Shown: piece by piece, positions 1 through 14,300 of the stretch
Layout of the letters: each line of letters opens with the position of its first letter
How positions within the stretch are numbered: the first letter of the stretch is position 1
Assembly (NCBI RefSeq): GCF_902713615.1
Contig: NC_052152.1
Coordinates: 44,491,810 to 44,555,809 of the forward strand
Length of the DNA: 64,000 bases
Direction: 5' to 3'
From: Scyliorhinus canicula
Lineage: Eukaryota
The notes under the pieces: generated by a model
The model's database searches: none
What the model was told of the DNA's origin: nothing
Seen by the model: only the letters and a program-made list of their open reading frames with translations
Position numbers and translations under genes: made by a program

Positions 1-3000
1 TATCGTTTCAGACGGTCGTAACAATATAGGAGTCATTAACAATGCATAGGCAAGGGTTCTGTCTCCTCTAGTATCTATTTTATTAGTTCTTTTTAATTGT
101 GTGTTTATTTTAATTAGGTCTGTTGTACAGGCCTATTTGTTTCATAAAGGTGTTTATATCATGTATAAATAGCATGGGTTTCTTTAACTGGTACAGTTTA
201 GGCAGGCCTGTACTTGGGATGCTTGTGCATCTTTTTTTCCCCTGTGTATACCGTTAAAAAAATTACATTGGGTTTTTATTTTTTTCTTCTTGTTAATGTC
301 TCTTGAAATGGTATCCTTTCTTTAAAAAAAAAGGTTGTTCCTTGTCGGGTACACTGTAGATTTATGCACCGTTTGTATAAAGTGGTTTACTGTTGGTTAT
401 TTTTGTAGGAAAGATTCAAAGGTAGAAGCTTTGAGACAAAAGTTCACAAACTGGTGGTTTTAAAAACATTCTTGGTTTTTAAAATGGCTTAGTATGTCTG
501 TCCGATGTTAGCAAATGTTATACCGTCAGAGATATTGATCCACATGACTAAACAACTGGAAATAGAGGAGACTTTGTAGTCAGTGGATCATAGGTATCTT
601 GTGAAGTTTTTGTCTTTGCTCAGATACTGAAGCCAGTTGGAACCATCATGGAATATGGTAGAGATAAGCAAACTACAAATGAACTAGGCTAACCAATGGG
701 GAAAATTCATTATCTAGTTTCCTGAAACTGATTTATTTATAGAAACTTAATAATATTTGTTCCCCGTAGATTGATAACATATCTAATGTTGGCTGAGTTT
801 GGGGTTTGTTTATCTTTAATGGAAAATAGGGTTGTTTTTAGTCAAGAGGCTTACAGTATGCACAATATGGGTTGAACCATTGCTGTAAGCGTATTAAAAC
901 CAAAAATTAAAGGACTGGAGTAGAGCATTGCAGTTCACATGGAGTAAAAATGGTGCCTGTCATTTCCTTTCAGTGCTTGTGTAAGTGTGAAACTAGGATT
1001 GCATTACAAACTAGAATGATTACTGTAGCCACACTAACCATCATGCCTAATTGGTTAATAAACAACACATTTAGTTACCTATTACATACATACATTGTGC
1101 TGAGTTGCCCACTGGAGGCGAATGTGGGTTATAATTTTCTTCAGTCTGGAAGCACATGGTATTTTCTTATAAACACATTGCTGATTCTTTAACAGATAAT
1201 GTGCTTGAATCAAGCAAGTGTTCATCAGGACATCTCTGTGCTCTGTTACTGACTATTCACCCATATTTGCTGCACTGAGACAATGTGTATATTTGCTTAA
1301 ACCAACTAGGTACTTGAGTTCAGTTTATCATTAGAATTTACTTGGGTTTGTGTTGTTCTTTGTGCTGGTAATAATGATTGGATGCAATTAAACCAATTTC
1401 TTAATCTTAAAAATAATGACAGCCACCATTTTTCCCTGTTAGTAACTACATTTATCTCCTTTTCAAGACGTAAAAATTGCAGTATTGATGGGGTTACTCT
1501 ACCAAACTGCAAATAAAATGAATATGGCTGCCTACCAAATATGGACAGCTATTAAAAGCTTGAACCAAAGTCAGTTTTACCTAGCTGCTGTACCAATGAC
1601 ATTGTTTGCATGAGTGCAGTTAATAGGCATCAGTAATTTAGTTGCTCCTGTTCATAAAAGGTAAACAGTTACTATTTTCTACTTTTTAATGTCGTTTTTC
1701 AGGTAAAGGAACCTTCAAACATGAACTTTACATTGTGCAGAGTAGTAACCATTTTGTCAAGAGTCTGGTGCAACCAGTTTTCATTGGGCAATTCAAAGTT
1801 ACTGGATGGCTAAATGCAGACTGGTGTTAGTGATATTATGGAAGTTGAAAATATTATTTCATGATTTACAAACCCTAAGATTGGTTAAATGTACAAAATA
1901 GATCCTGTGACAGATTGTACTGCTGCAGTACTTGTATCCTTCTAGTTTATGTACTCTTGTACTACTTTCACTGGATTGTCAGAATCAAACTTTAGAGGAA
2001 TACTGTTATTGTCCTAATAGTAGGTTCTGGACTTTAGACCAGTGGGAAATGTTTGGACCCCATGCACAAATGTAAACTGAAATCCTTTGGTCCTCTGAGA
2101 CAAGTTTTTACAATTTTTCCAGGTCTTTCTGCAATTCCACCACCCACCCAACCCCAGTCCTATGTATGAAACCTCTGCCCTCATTGCGGTTGACTCTCAT
2201 TGCACTATATTTTAATGGCACCCAAAATACAAAAATGTGCGTAATACTTGTGCATGGAAAGACTTAATGATGCATCAGTAGTACAAACTATGCAATGGAA
2301 GCTACCTTATAGACTAGTTGTCAACAGTTGCATCAGTGCCAATAATAAATTGGTCCTCACATATAATGTGCCATGCAGCAAAAAGATTTTCCCATGATGC
2401 TAGCTGAGTGTTCAAGTGAAGGCAAGATGCTTTTTTAGAGATGACCTTCTTCTTTGCTTCCTCTCGTATTTCGTACTCGTTGAATGGCATGGCTTAAGTC
2501 TTGGAAACAGGTTGCCCAACTAGTTATACATTGAGGGAATAATCTTTACAGAGAAAGTAAATTGGCCAGGTGAGTTGTGACATTCAACCAATGTTGGTAC
2601 AACTGATGTCAGCCTAGTGTATTTTGAGTACAGCTTCATTGCATGCTGTTTCACGTTAAGCAGATTTGAGTTAAAGGATAAAACTGGTTAACTAGTTTAT
2701 TGTTAACTTTTTGAATGGCTGAAGGCGTTTACAATTTCTGAGAACCTTTAGTTGCTCCTAATTCTCCACTTAAGGAATTTGCTCCTTCAATAACAAAATG
2801 TTCCAAAAAGCAGCAAGAAGAAAAATACGCATTCAGGTGTATCCAAGATAGTTATATTAGTTTTAAATGCAAAACAAAACTGAATGCTGGTCATTGACAG
2901 AGGTAGTAAGCAGATGTTGAGGAAATGTTCCCGTAGAATTTTTTTAAATAATGCTTGGTATCTGATCTCAGACCACAGTTCATATTTTGAACCTAACTGG

Positions 3001-5254
3001 GCTAGTTTTAATTGTGTCTCTAAATAAGGCAACTGAAAATTAATTGGGGCAGAATTATTAATTTTGTACTCCTCTTTAATGGGTTAATATTTTGTTTCAG
3101 AGGTGACGGTATATCACTGAACTAGTCTGTTGCAAAGAAAATTTTGCTTTAATGGGGTGTTCTAGTTTGAGGTTGAAGCAATCAAAACATGATTTTTATT
3201 CAGGATTATTTTTGCTCTTGTACAAATTGGAGCTGGGCAGTACCTTTTGCACCAACATTGCAAGCTGATGGCTGATGTGACATTGAGGTTTGTGTGTAGA
3301 ATGGATGGTATTAGCAGGTTTTTGGAACTGAATATACATAGATAAATATAAGAAATAGTTTAACACTAAAATGAGTAATTTTAATTGGAAGCAGAAAGTG
3401 ATTCAGAGTGGTTATAGTTACAGTTCATAACTGAGTAAAACTACCATTTATACCATTGTCCTATTTTGCCATCTTTCTATTACTTCAAATAAAGTCACAC
3501 ACACGTGCTGATTTATTCCATCAATCCACTTGAATCTAAGTTGACTTTTTTCGCATTAAATAAAGCTGGTAAAATGCAAGTTGCTAATTAATATAGGATA
3601 ATTATTTTACACCATATAACATTCATTTTCAAAATCTGGAAGTGCTCTTACTGATAATTAACCAAATTTCTCTTCATGAAAAATACTTTATCTGTTTTTC
3701 TAAATTCATCTGTTTTAAAGAAATTTCTAAAATGCTGACTTAAGCTTAGTATTTTCAGTTATACAATTTTATGCAGCAATTGTTTTTGCATCTTTTTCTT
3801 TTAAAAGTGTTGGATGCAAGAGGATGAAATTTCAAACCTAAATATGTAAAATCCAGATGCTAGCAAACTTTTCTAATTGAGACATTTCAATAGCATTACC
3901 AAATTCAAATGTACCTTGTTGCCTTTGACACGTGCTTAAATATTGCCCCCCTTGAACTGTTGAGGGTTGTGAATGGGAAAACTATTGGCAATTTCAATAC
4001 ATTTCTTGAGTTCAGTCTAAAATTAATCCTCTGGTACAATTTGTATATTTTTATTGAATATGCCCATAAAGGTCATCCACTAAAATAAGCCAGGCTAAAT
4101 ATGCTTGTTCACATGGGAAAATAGATCAGATGGAATATATCTTTTTATTCCTGGTCATGCTTTATATGTTGTATAAATACTTGAATGTCAAAATTTTAAT
4201 TACAAAATATTGAATGCAATTAGTGCATACATTTGATATATTTTCAGCGCATTTATATGCAGTTTCCAGCTTTAAGTAACAAGCTTTTGGCTTTGATAGT
4301 CAAAGGCTTGACATGAAAACTAAATTTCAAGATGCATAAATGTACTTTCAACTAAACCAAATAATTTTGATGTATATTAAGTAACATTGCAACATAAATA
4401 ACCAAAGTAAACCTCTCAGTCTAAGCATTTTATTAGGTCTTAATTCCATGGTGAAGATTTTTTTTGCCCAGTTCTAGTACAAGAGCTTCTCGCATTTTAA
4501 CGGCTTAATTAGCTAAAAGCTGTTTATTTCCTAAAAGTCCCCAAAAAGTTATTTTAGTTTAATATTTTGCCATAAATAATGTGCCCTCGTTCTGACATAA
4601 CTTTAGAATGAAATCAACATTTTTGCATTGTTTGAAAAAGCAAGTACACTTTTATTGTATTGCTCTCTAACTTTTCAAGACTCTTGTTTGGGGATATGAC
4701 CAGTGTCTCAGTTAAAATATGTATCTACAGTTTTTTTGAGTACCAAAATTGCCACAACAGTCATGACAGGCATCATCAACCAGGTGAAAGCAGTTATAAT
4801 GGTCCTTTAGGAGATATGCCTTATCCAGTTTTTAGAAATTGACTTCAGTGAAGTGGAGAATGTGTAACCCTGTAGGCACTTATAATGTATTTACAAACAC
4901 AGTTTAGATCATGGTTTATTGACTCCTAATAATCAAATTCACGCTTAATTGATACAGATTTATATTTTTTTCTGTATAGTGTAGAACTCTCTTTCTCCCC
5001 TCGCTTTTCCCACTTCCACCCCACATCCCTCAAAAAAACTGGCGGTGCAACTCTTTGTTGAGGATTCAGTTCCCTATTTCTTCAAATATTGACAGCACTA
5101 TTGAACCAAGAGCTATGGAATAAAGCTTTGATTAAGGTCCAGATATAAGTTATTACTAAAAGTCGGTTGTTAAAAACATTGCACAGGATCTCTGTTGATT
5201 TGATGAGGTTGACCTCTGAATACAAAATGATCAAATTGTCCTTCGACAATACAC

Positions 5255-5530
5255 CATGGAATTACAGAACTGAAAGAGGCTATTTGGGCCATCTTGCCTG
5301 TGTGATTCTTGAAATGCCAACCAGTTGGTCCTACTTTCCTGTTATTTCCCCAGGAAATCTTTGCATGTGTATCAAATTCCCTTCGAAAAGTTGTTGTTCA
5401 ATTTTCCAGCACCTTTTCAGGCATTGGTTCCAGATCATATCATGCTGCGTAAAATTAAAACTCTCTTCCTCTTTCCTCTGATTCTTTAGGCAATTATCTT
5501 AAATCTGTGTTTCCTATTAGTGGTAATGTT
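5255..5530 (-). mobile_element. Old CR1 LINE 3' end remnant
   Basis: Diverged match to the reverse complement of the CR1 tail type (ggaattacagaactgaaagaggctatttgggccatc...) also seen at 25205 and 47181. Confidence 0.55.
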
Positions 5531-7786
5531 CTTTCATGGTGGATAGCCCTGCTGCTGGAATAATGGGTCACCGATTGTCATTGATATGATTAATAGGATA
5601 GGAATACCATATCAGGGAACTCCATGTCGGGCTAAAAGGAAAAAAACTGATTTTCTACCTAACCCAATTACAATTGTGCTTTCTTTAGAGGTTTATGGAG
5701 CTGTGATGTTGCAATCCTTTCTGAAAGCTGTATGGCATTGAGTAATTCCTGCTCAAGTGATAGGGAGACCAAATAATATATTTCCCCCATTTTAGATTAA
5801 CTAAATTGGGGGGCGGGGAAATCCCATTGGAACACTTTATTAATATTATTCACAATATTATGACCTTAAATTCTTTAAATTAAAAAAGATGACTTTAAGC
5901 AATTTGTGCAAACATTTTCATTGGGAAATGTGACAGATCTTGCACCCTATAAGTAGAACATGAGCAACATTTTCCATCATTGTAATCTTTCCATGAAAAA
6001 AATACCTCAGCATCGCTTAGCAATTACAGGCTTGCTTTACAAACGCAAAAACTATTCCTGGTGGATATGATTGTAGATTTAGAATGTAGTGGTTGATTTT
6101 TGGGTGATACTCTGTACTTTAAAAAAAAATGTTTATGGATTTAGTTTCTCTCTTTAAAAGGTGATCTTGATAACTAAAGAAAGAAATCAATTACTTGTGA
6201 TTCTATTTGCCAAAGCAAATGCCTTCTTTTGCAACTCAATTAAAATGTGGCCTAAGTTTTAGCATGCATCATCTCACTGTTTTGAAACTAGTTAATATTT
6301 GAATTCTATGTTTTTAAACAGTACCATACCATTCATCTTTCACTGGCCTTTTGTTAGAAAGAGGTTAGTTCAACCATGTCAGGGGATGGGAGAGGGTTCC
6401 ACTATAGAAAAGGTATTTCCTTTTTTTTAAAAAGTGAACATGTTTTATCTGTGTTGTAAATTGAATGTAGTGTTTGTCACACTAATAGTTGAGTAAGTTT
6501 TTTAACTTTGTATTATTATTATTGTTGATAGCAATGCTAAACAATTCAGTCTAGACCAAAAATATATCCTGCTCCTTGCACCTGCTTGACCGATCAAAGA
6601 ACAATTGAGTTGATGTGTGGCTGCGGTTGTCTCCGGTCATTTGGTTTGTGCTTTAGAATAACAAGAGGCTTAACACTTTGACTATCCTAGCTCTCATTTT
6701 TGTATGCAGTTTGTGGAATGAGAATTGGCAGCAATTTGGTAGTAATTTCAAGGTATCAAACTAGATTATGTCATACAAATAGATTCAGCAGCAATTTGTA
6801 ATCCGATATTTGGATTCTGAGATTGCTATGCAGCATCAATGACATGATTTAGACTTTTCTAAAATAAAGTTCTGTACTAGCAAATATTAGGGGTGTGCAA
6901 TAATGTTCTTTCTGTCATGAGGATGAGTTGGCTCTATAGCTGACTTTAAAGTGGCTGAAGCGGCATCTTTGCCAATCTTACCTTTTTTACATGTATTTTG
7001 GGCTGTAATTACTGTCATTATGTGTTTTAACTACACGAAGATATACTTGTCAAATTGGCTATTGTTAGTTTGTATTTTCCTGTCTGTCAGCTTTTTAAGT
7101 TTCATGAAATATAACACATCCAGCTGTGAAAACTGTCTGCAGTTTGAAATAGTTGACCTTTTGAATCCGGTTTGCTTTTCATAAAAAATTTAAATTCTAT
7201 GTTTATATTTTTAAGCATTGAAGTTTATTGTTAAATACTTTTTATTGCACACCCTTAAATATTATCATTAATTGAGTTACATTGCTACCCTCCAAAAACA
7301 GATGGCTACCACGTTTGTGTGCCAGTTGTGGCACAAGTGTAGGTTGAATATCAATAATATTGAAAGTTATTGTAAAACTTTGCAGTATTGCTAGAATTTT
7401 AAAATTCTAAGAGAGAGCAACAGTGGTGTCACTGAGGAACTACACTTGCGAACCCTGTATAACGAATGCCATTCTAATGTCATTACATAGAGCAGAAGTC
7501 TGGTGTTGATGCTAGTCTATCTATGACTGTTGATCAATGTTGGTATTCGCTGAGCTTTTGTATTAGAAATTTTAAAGTGGTACCAGGGTTGGACATTACA
7601 ATGCTCCAGACAAAAATTGTTGCGTCAAGATATTTGTTAACTTACCCCGCCAGACAAGGTTTTGTTTCCTAAAATATTGAGTTATTTTTGCCACAATTGT
7701 AGCTTGGCCATGTTAAAATAATACTTATAAATAATTAAGTCATTGTATCCTGTAGTGTGGGGATGAACAAAAGGTTTGGAGTATTT

Positions 7787-7824
7787 CCTGCTGAGTATTT
7801 CCAGCATTTTCTGTTTTTATTCCA
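7787..7824 (+). mobile_element. Short Penelope-like terminal fragment
   Basis: cctgctgagtatttccagcattttctgtttttatt matches the terminal repeat of the Penelope element at 48382-49880. Confidence 0.4.
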
Positions 7825-9875
7825 CTTGATATAGCTCCCAAACAACCTGTACTGCATTTACTTTTTGTCTAGCTCCCCCTCTATCAAAAGAAAATTTGAA
7901 ATATTCCAAAACTTTAGGTCATTCCTAGTGCAGTATTAAAAATGTTGCCCAGCTCTTGATGCTGTATTTATATGAAGCGCCCAATGAAAGCGTTGCAGCT
8001 AACTCAGATTTAAAGAAGCAAGTGATATCTGACCCATTTTGACTTTATTATGCTTTCTTTGATATGTCCCTATCTTTATTTGTGAAGAAGGAAAGTGAAA
8101 TTTTTGAGTTATGATCTGCTGCAAATATTCTCTGATAAAATTATTTCCGTTTACCATGAGCCAACTAGTTATTCTTTTTCTGTGCATTTCCTGGGCAACA
8201 AGATTTGATCAGCATATCATTATTTGCTTATATTTAACTCCTCAATTACTTATGGTAACAATTTATAATTAATCAAACTTTTCAACATTTGATAGATATA
8301 ATATTCACACAAATAAGTGATTTATATATAGGCAAGAATTATACACCTTATTCTATGTTTAATTCAAATCTGCTGTTACTCTTCACCCCCTCTTATTTTC
8401 ACCTCGGCAGTCTCAAAGAAAGCAAAATAAGATTGTTAGCTTTTAATTTTAAATTGGTAGATACTCACAGCTTCATGACTAGTATTAATGTCCTTGCTTT
8501 GAAGTGATAAGGAAAACCAGGAAAACCAATTTGTTGGTTCAATTAATAATTGATTAAATATTCACTTGGAGTCATTTAAAGTAGCAACAAACTAAATTAA
8601 GGATTCTGTAAGTACAGAGATTGGTTGCCTTGAGTTTTATGAATACAAAAAATGAAAAATTTACAACAAACTTGTCCTAATGGGTTATGCAGGTAGAATT
8701 GATTCTCATTTTAGTGGCTGGTTTTTTAAAGAGGTACATACTCTTGGAGAATGATGTAAAAAAAAAGAAAATCTTGATGTATCCATTCCAGTTATACAAG
8801 AAGAGCACTTGGAACAAAAGTATGGGTCAGTTTGTATAGTAAATTAATAAATGAAGGATCTCTGAGGAAGAAAATGAAATTCTGTCAGATTTATTCCCAT
8901 GGTTGGTATGAATGTCAGACAGGTTAATATATTTAACTTTGTATGATCTTTAAAGCAACCATATTAAAATATTGTATATAAAAGCCCCCATATAAGTGTA
9001 AAAACACATCTACCCTAGGACAATCATACAGTTGGTTACTTTTCTATAAGTTACTTTTGTACGGTGCGTTTGAGATAGTGTAACAATTTTAATCTGCATT
9101 GGAAATTACTGGTTAATTAGCGGATTTTGTTTTATTGTTAATTATAAACATTCTAATTGTGACAGAATAGCAATTTAGCTTTAGTAAAAATGATTTTCCT
9201 GGGGAAATAAATCTGGTACTCTCAGTAAAAATAACCTAACCTATTGTATTCCACCATATGTTGTATCAATACATTGAAATACCTTTAAAAAATATTATAA
9301 TGCCCGATTAACAGCTATTAATGTCTTGACTTGCAGCTCCCAAATAGAAGTTTAGAGATTTACAAATATCTGTGACTGCACCAATAACCCTAGGGATTGT
9401 CATGTCCAATGCAATGGTGGGTTTTGAAATTACATCTTATTCTATGGAATCATCAGTGCAGCAAGATTTTACACAATTGTTTTTGTTACTGAGCTACAAG
9501 GAGGATGAAAACTATAGTGTCTGGTAAATTATTTGCTTGAGCATCTTACAAATTTAAATGAAAATACTTCATACACTTGTCTACTCGCATGGTATGATTA
9601 TTTCATTTTCTTCCTCAGTTGCTTAAATGGTGCTGTCACCATCTGTTCTGTGTACAGGAGCTGTTGTATACCTCATTTCTAACTCATGACTGAGTAACTC
9701 GCTTTAATCTCCCCCCTCAGAGTGGCTGAACCTGCCACTAACTGTATACTTTAAAAACAAATCTGGCATGTATCAGCGCTAGCATGGCAGGAGAATAATG
9801 ACGGTCAGAATTGACAACTAAAGTTTAAGGAAGCAGTGGGCATATTGCAATCCTTTAACTTTTTCATTGTGTCCC

Positions 9876-9941
9876 TTCACAGGCATGGACAAGATGGGCC
9901 AAATGGCCCCCTTCTGTGCTGAATCTTCTCTATGGTTCTAT
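9876..9941 (+). mobile_element. CR1 LINE extreme 3' tail remnant
   Basis: caggcatggacaagatgggccaaatggccccttctgtgctg...ttctat is a typical CR1 terminal hairpin and tail. Confidence 0.55.
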
Positions 9942-11230
9942 CTTTTCATTGAACTTTTAGCCAAACCATTGAACCACCACCTTGTTCTTCGTAACCATGC
10001 CTCATGGCATATGAGGCAACTGATTATTGCTTCCCCTGCTGTACATCTGTGGATTGTTTCCATGACATTACCTGGACAAATTCTTGACCTGGCAACTCCT
10101 TACATGGACAACTGGTTAGTTATGATGAAAGGCTACCACCTTACTCCTACTGGGTGTGTGCACCCAGTTTGATTTCAGTGACTGAAATTTTCAACTCTGG
10201 TCATAGGGCCAGGCCTTTGAACCTTGATAAATGATTATGAGGCTGGCAATAGTGCTCAGAACCAAATATTGGTTGAATAATAAATGGCTGTTCAGTTTTG
10301 ACAATCTTTATCAGATCAGGTTAGGGTGTTGCGTCCATCATTAAAAATACCCTGAGAATAACACTCGCTCTCTGAATGTAAATATGAGTGATTGTCTTTC
10401 CTGCCATGCTTAGTGCTTTTATTACACGCCAGCAACCTTACATTGTGCTGATAAAACCAAAGACTTATTAATGATTGTATGAATTAAATTTTTTAAATGT
10501 CTTCAGTCCTACACTAATCTCATTTCAAAAGTGTGAATTGCTTACAGTGACAAAAGAATTGCATAAAGCAAAAGAAATATGCTTCATTCTGTCCACCAGA
10601 GGGACTGCTGAAAGTGGAGCCCATGTGCTATTTGATTGGTTAAAGGACTGGAGACTCCTGTGGTAGGATTGGCTCTTCTGAGGGGCAGTTATCCCTTTGG
10701 GCTGGGTGATCTGAATTAATACACACTGGGGTGCTATTCAGAACTGACTGTAACTCGCTGGACGCTGCCATTACATTTTGTGAAAGGAAAATGAAGACTA
10801 AGAAAGATGTAGCTTGCTTGCAAGGGTTCATCTCCTTTTCATAATACCACTGTGCAACTATGCATTGTATTCCTCAACCTTGTGTTAGATAGAGACTCGG
10901 TACTTTTTTGTGTGGAGAAGGGTGGATTTCTTTTTGTGTTCAGTGATTGTTTTTTGAGTACTAAATGGGGGTTGTAGGATCATACAAGCTCTATCCCAAA
11001 GCGAAATACAAATGTTAACATTCGCCTAATGCAGATACCAAAGATTTGTTTCTTCTTTGCAACCTTAATTGTGTATTAAATGCAATTACCCAGCAGGCAT
11101 TAGTCTAACCTCAGTAATTCCAAAGCTTAGATGTATATTTTGGTATATTTCTGGGATAAAAGGTTTTTTTTTTGTCAAATCCTTGTTCGTTTCAGTGTAT
11201 TGCTCTTAAGTCATGGCATGAGATAAAAAA

Positions 11231-11300
11231 AATAAATTGTCTTACTTGGTAGTTTAAGATATAGTATTTTTGTATGTTTTGGGTGTGTCTTTGTGTGTGA
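11231..11300 (+). terminator. Candidate polyadenylation signal with strong GU-rich downstream element
   Basis: AATAAA at 11231-11236, upstream TGTA motifs (about 11132 and 11196), and downstream tttttgtatgttttgggtgtgtctttgtgtgtga. Confidence 0.5.
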
Positions 11301-14300
11301 GAACATAACTGTTTTTCACTGCCTAGTTGTTCATAGTTTTAAAAGTGTACATATTATCCAATTTTGGACGTCCGCAGGCTTGTATTCTTTAGATGTGTTA
11401 TTTATTGGAACGTTTTATAAAAACAAGGTTTTTCAATAGGCAGTATTCCTTTCTTATATAAAAAATATCTACATAATATCTTTCAAAAAATTTTAAAACT
11501 TTATATCCATCTTATTCCCAACAAAGTAATTCGATTTGATGTGAAGAATCCCAAAATTTCCATTCAGATCAATATAAAAGATGGTTACAGGTGCCTACTG
11601 TAAACTTGTGTTAAATATAAAATCCTGGAAAGTAGGCAATATATTTTGCCTTTCCCAACATATTAGTTATTTTGATTCTGGGTATTCCATCCTTCCTTCT
11701 TTCTTGCCTTCTCATTCTCTGGTCTGGTCTTGCATGGCAGTGAGCCTCCTTTAACAAAAAAGCTAAACTGTTAACGTTCAAGCATATGATTCAGTGGGTG
11801 ACTGACAGAATAAAGAGTCCAGTTAAATCTGTACTTCAGTAATTCCACATGACCACATCACCAATATTTATATTCCTGAAGAATAAACCTGATGGTTACA
11901 TCTGTCCATATTTGCACTTCATTGTATCAAGAATTATGGAAACTAAAGCAAAAGAGCATAAAATAATATGTAGATATACTTTTCGGTGGTCTTTTACATG
12001 TTTTCTGTAGATGAATTCTGTATATGACCAAGAAAAAAGGGATACTGTTATCAATAAGTAAATTTCATGATTTATTAACTCATTATCTCTGATGTGTAAC
12101 AACTCAGTGGGTGTAACTAAGATTTTCAACTGCGTTGAACTATCCCCACATGTGCATGGTGTATTTCTTGTACAATAAGACTGCAGCACAGGTAACCTGC
12201 GGACGTCCCTGTATTCAGTGCACCTTAATGCAGTACCACAGTTGAGTGTGTTCACATTTATCCTAACAACAATTTTTTGAATTAACTTCTGATAGATGGT
12301 TACAAATGTCGGACCTTTACCAGTGCAAATATTCAAAAACAACTATACCTAATGTGAGGTGATATCATCTTCTACTAATTGCTATTAGTTCTTGGCAGGT
12401 TGGAATAACCAATCCTGTTTCAAAAAACCCTAAACTGAAATTTAATTGATGGCAACTGAAAAGCTGAAGGAAACTTCCATCATGGTGTCCTGAAGGGTTT
12501 GTTGCTCTGGGGCAGTTCTCCTGAAATAAATGCTGAACATTTCCACAGTAATAATAAACAAATCTATTGCTATTATGGTAGTTGAAATTGGTGATTTATA
12601 GAATGCTGTCTTCAGAAAAATCTAATAGACTCTGATAAATATAGTTTGCATAAACAAATGTTAAAAACCTGTTTGTCGGACTGTCACTTTTGTCAGAGTG
12701 AACTTTTTCAGCAATTTGAATAGAAGGTTTAAAAAAAGACCAGAATTTGTGTAAAAGCCAATATTTAATGGACGGGAGATGGTGCAGGATAGTGCAAAAT
12801 AAATCACTGTTTGATCTTGTGGAGGATTGCAATACTTGCTTTCCAGTTTCCCAAATTTACCAGTAGGTAATTGAGCTGGTCATAAGCCTCTATAATTAAG
12901 AACAGTTGCACTGAATTTGGTCCGTATATTTTTGCATCAGTCCAACACAAATTCAAAACTTGGTAATGAAGACAACTTCCTGTGATGTACTTCTGGGTGC
13001 ATGGCTTGAAGCTTTTCCAAAAAGCATCACAATCTTGATCTGTAATTGGAAACCTCTAGCCTTGATGAACTGTAGGTGAGATTTCAACTAATTTATAGCA
13101 GCATTACTTCTCATTGAGTGATGGCATTGCTTTATATGAAAACTGATGTAGCAAACATTTACAGTTCTCTATTTGTGAAAGTGTTGTCACAGAGCTATTT
13201 AGAAAGGACTGATCAAATTAGACAGATTTGTATGCTGCTTATTGAAAACCTCTTGAATGCTCTTTTACTCTTAATGGAAATTAAGCAGTTCTTGATAAAA
13301 CATTATACTGCATTGGAGAGATTATTACAGGAAGGGAATGTCAGGGCAAGGTGTAAGAGATTAACATATCCAGCAAACTAAAATTGTTACTGTTGGCTTT
13401 GTAAAGAGATCCAGTCCCTCCATTTACCAAATTAATGCATAAGTAAAGTTCTACATCTCCATTTAAGTAATAGTTTAAAGTTATAATCCGGTTCCTTATT
13501 TAATGTAACACAAGATGATTGTACAAAGTGGCTGTTCAAAACAGCTTGACAGATAGACCTTTATAAATTAGCCCATTATTGGGTAAAGCTCTCGCTGTTT
13601 AATTTGACCCTGTGCTTCCACTTTGTTCAGGTACCAATTCTGTTTTCCTGTTGCATTCTGACGATCAGGATCTCCCTGATGCTCTTATCACCTCGGCAGT
13701 CTGCTCCATTGAGTGTTAGTGTGATCTAAAAACCCTTGTCCTCAGAATGGGTTGATTTGTTACCTGCCGACCTTCAATGATTTCCCAAAACCACAGATCT
13801 AAAGAATTTCAAAACAATTTAAATGAGATCTTCACTTTTTATGTTAAACTGATCTTTTACAGAAGCAGTTTTATTAAAATGGTGAAAAATAATCACGGTT
13901 CCCAAGAAATGTTATTGTATTATCGGTGATTTTAAAATAAACCCAACAGAATAATTCTGACAAGGTACAGAATGGAGCACTAATTAATAATTTACAGAAA
14001 TAACACAACTTGTTTAAAATATCTAGTGTATAACGCTAGAATACAGCAAGTTTAACTAGTTTATAAGAAAAAGTATTACCACAGTAAAAATAGGTGGTAA
14101 AGTTTCAAATACTGCACCCATATGTGTACTGTCTATGAATATGAAAAACAAATTGTATTTGCCATTGATTTGCTCTTTGGCGCCTCTAGATGAACATCAA
14201 TGTCAGTTTGCTAGCAGAGAACTTATGAATAGACAATTGTTCATCAAGGTATGGCTGTGTTGCCTGATCTAAATTAATTTGTATATTAGCTATTGTGACT

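Larger units (their letters stand above)
1..11260 (+). other. Putative very long 3'UTR of the convergent neighbouring gene (POU2F1 expected from mammalian synteny); may extend to about 16.6 kb
   Basis: No credible coding exon. Strong T>A and G>C skew on +, many AATAAA and U-rich motifs, almost no young transposons. Lies tail-to-tail with CD247, as POU2F1 does in mammals. Gene identity is inference only. Confidence 0.45.

Noticed and set aside
1675-1708. Recursive-splice-like site ttttcAG|GTAAAG on +
   Set aside because: The motif is real, but the region is better explained as 3'UTR than as a long intron, and single motifs like this occur by chance.
2547-2575. 18-nt micro-exon (2552-2569, CAG|GTGAGT donor) overlapping a METTL16-type TACAGAGAA nonamer
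   Set aside because: The acceptor is weak, there is no gene context, and the nonamer lacks a convincing MAT2A-like hairpin.
6321-6412. Possible + strand exon with one open frame
   Set aside because: The peptide resembles nothing I know, the donor (AAG|GTATTT) is weak and there are no partner exons.
7646-7668. 23-nt minus-strand mini-exon as an eta-like CD247 extension
   Set aside because: Good donor but modest acceptor, about 19 kb past the stop codon, with no supporting downstream exon.
11896-12342. 148-aa minus-strand ORF, the longest in the transposon-poor zone
   Set aside because: It starts at TTG right after an in-frame stop, has no in-frame splice acceptor and shows no recognisable protein features.
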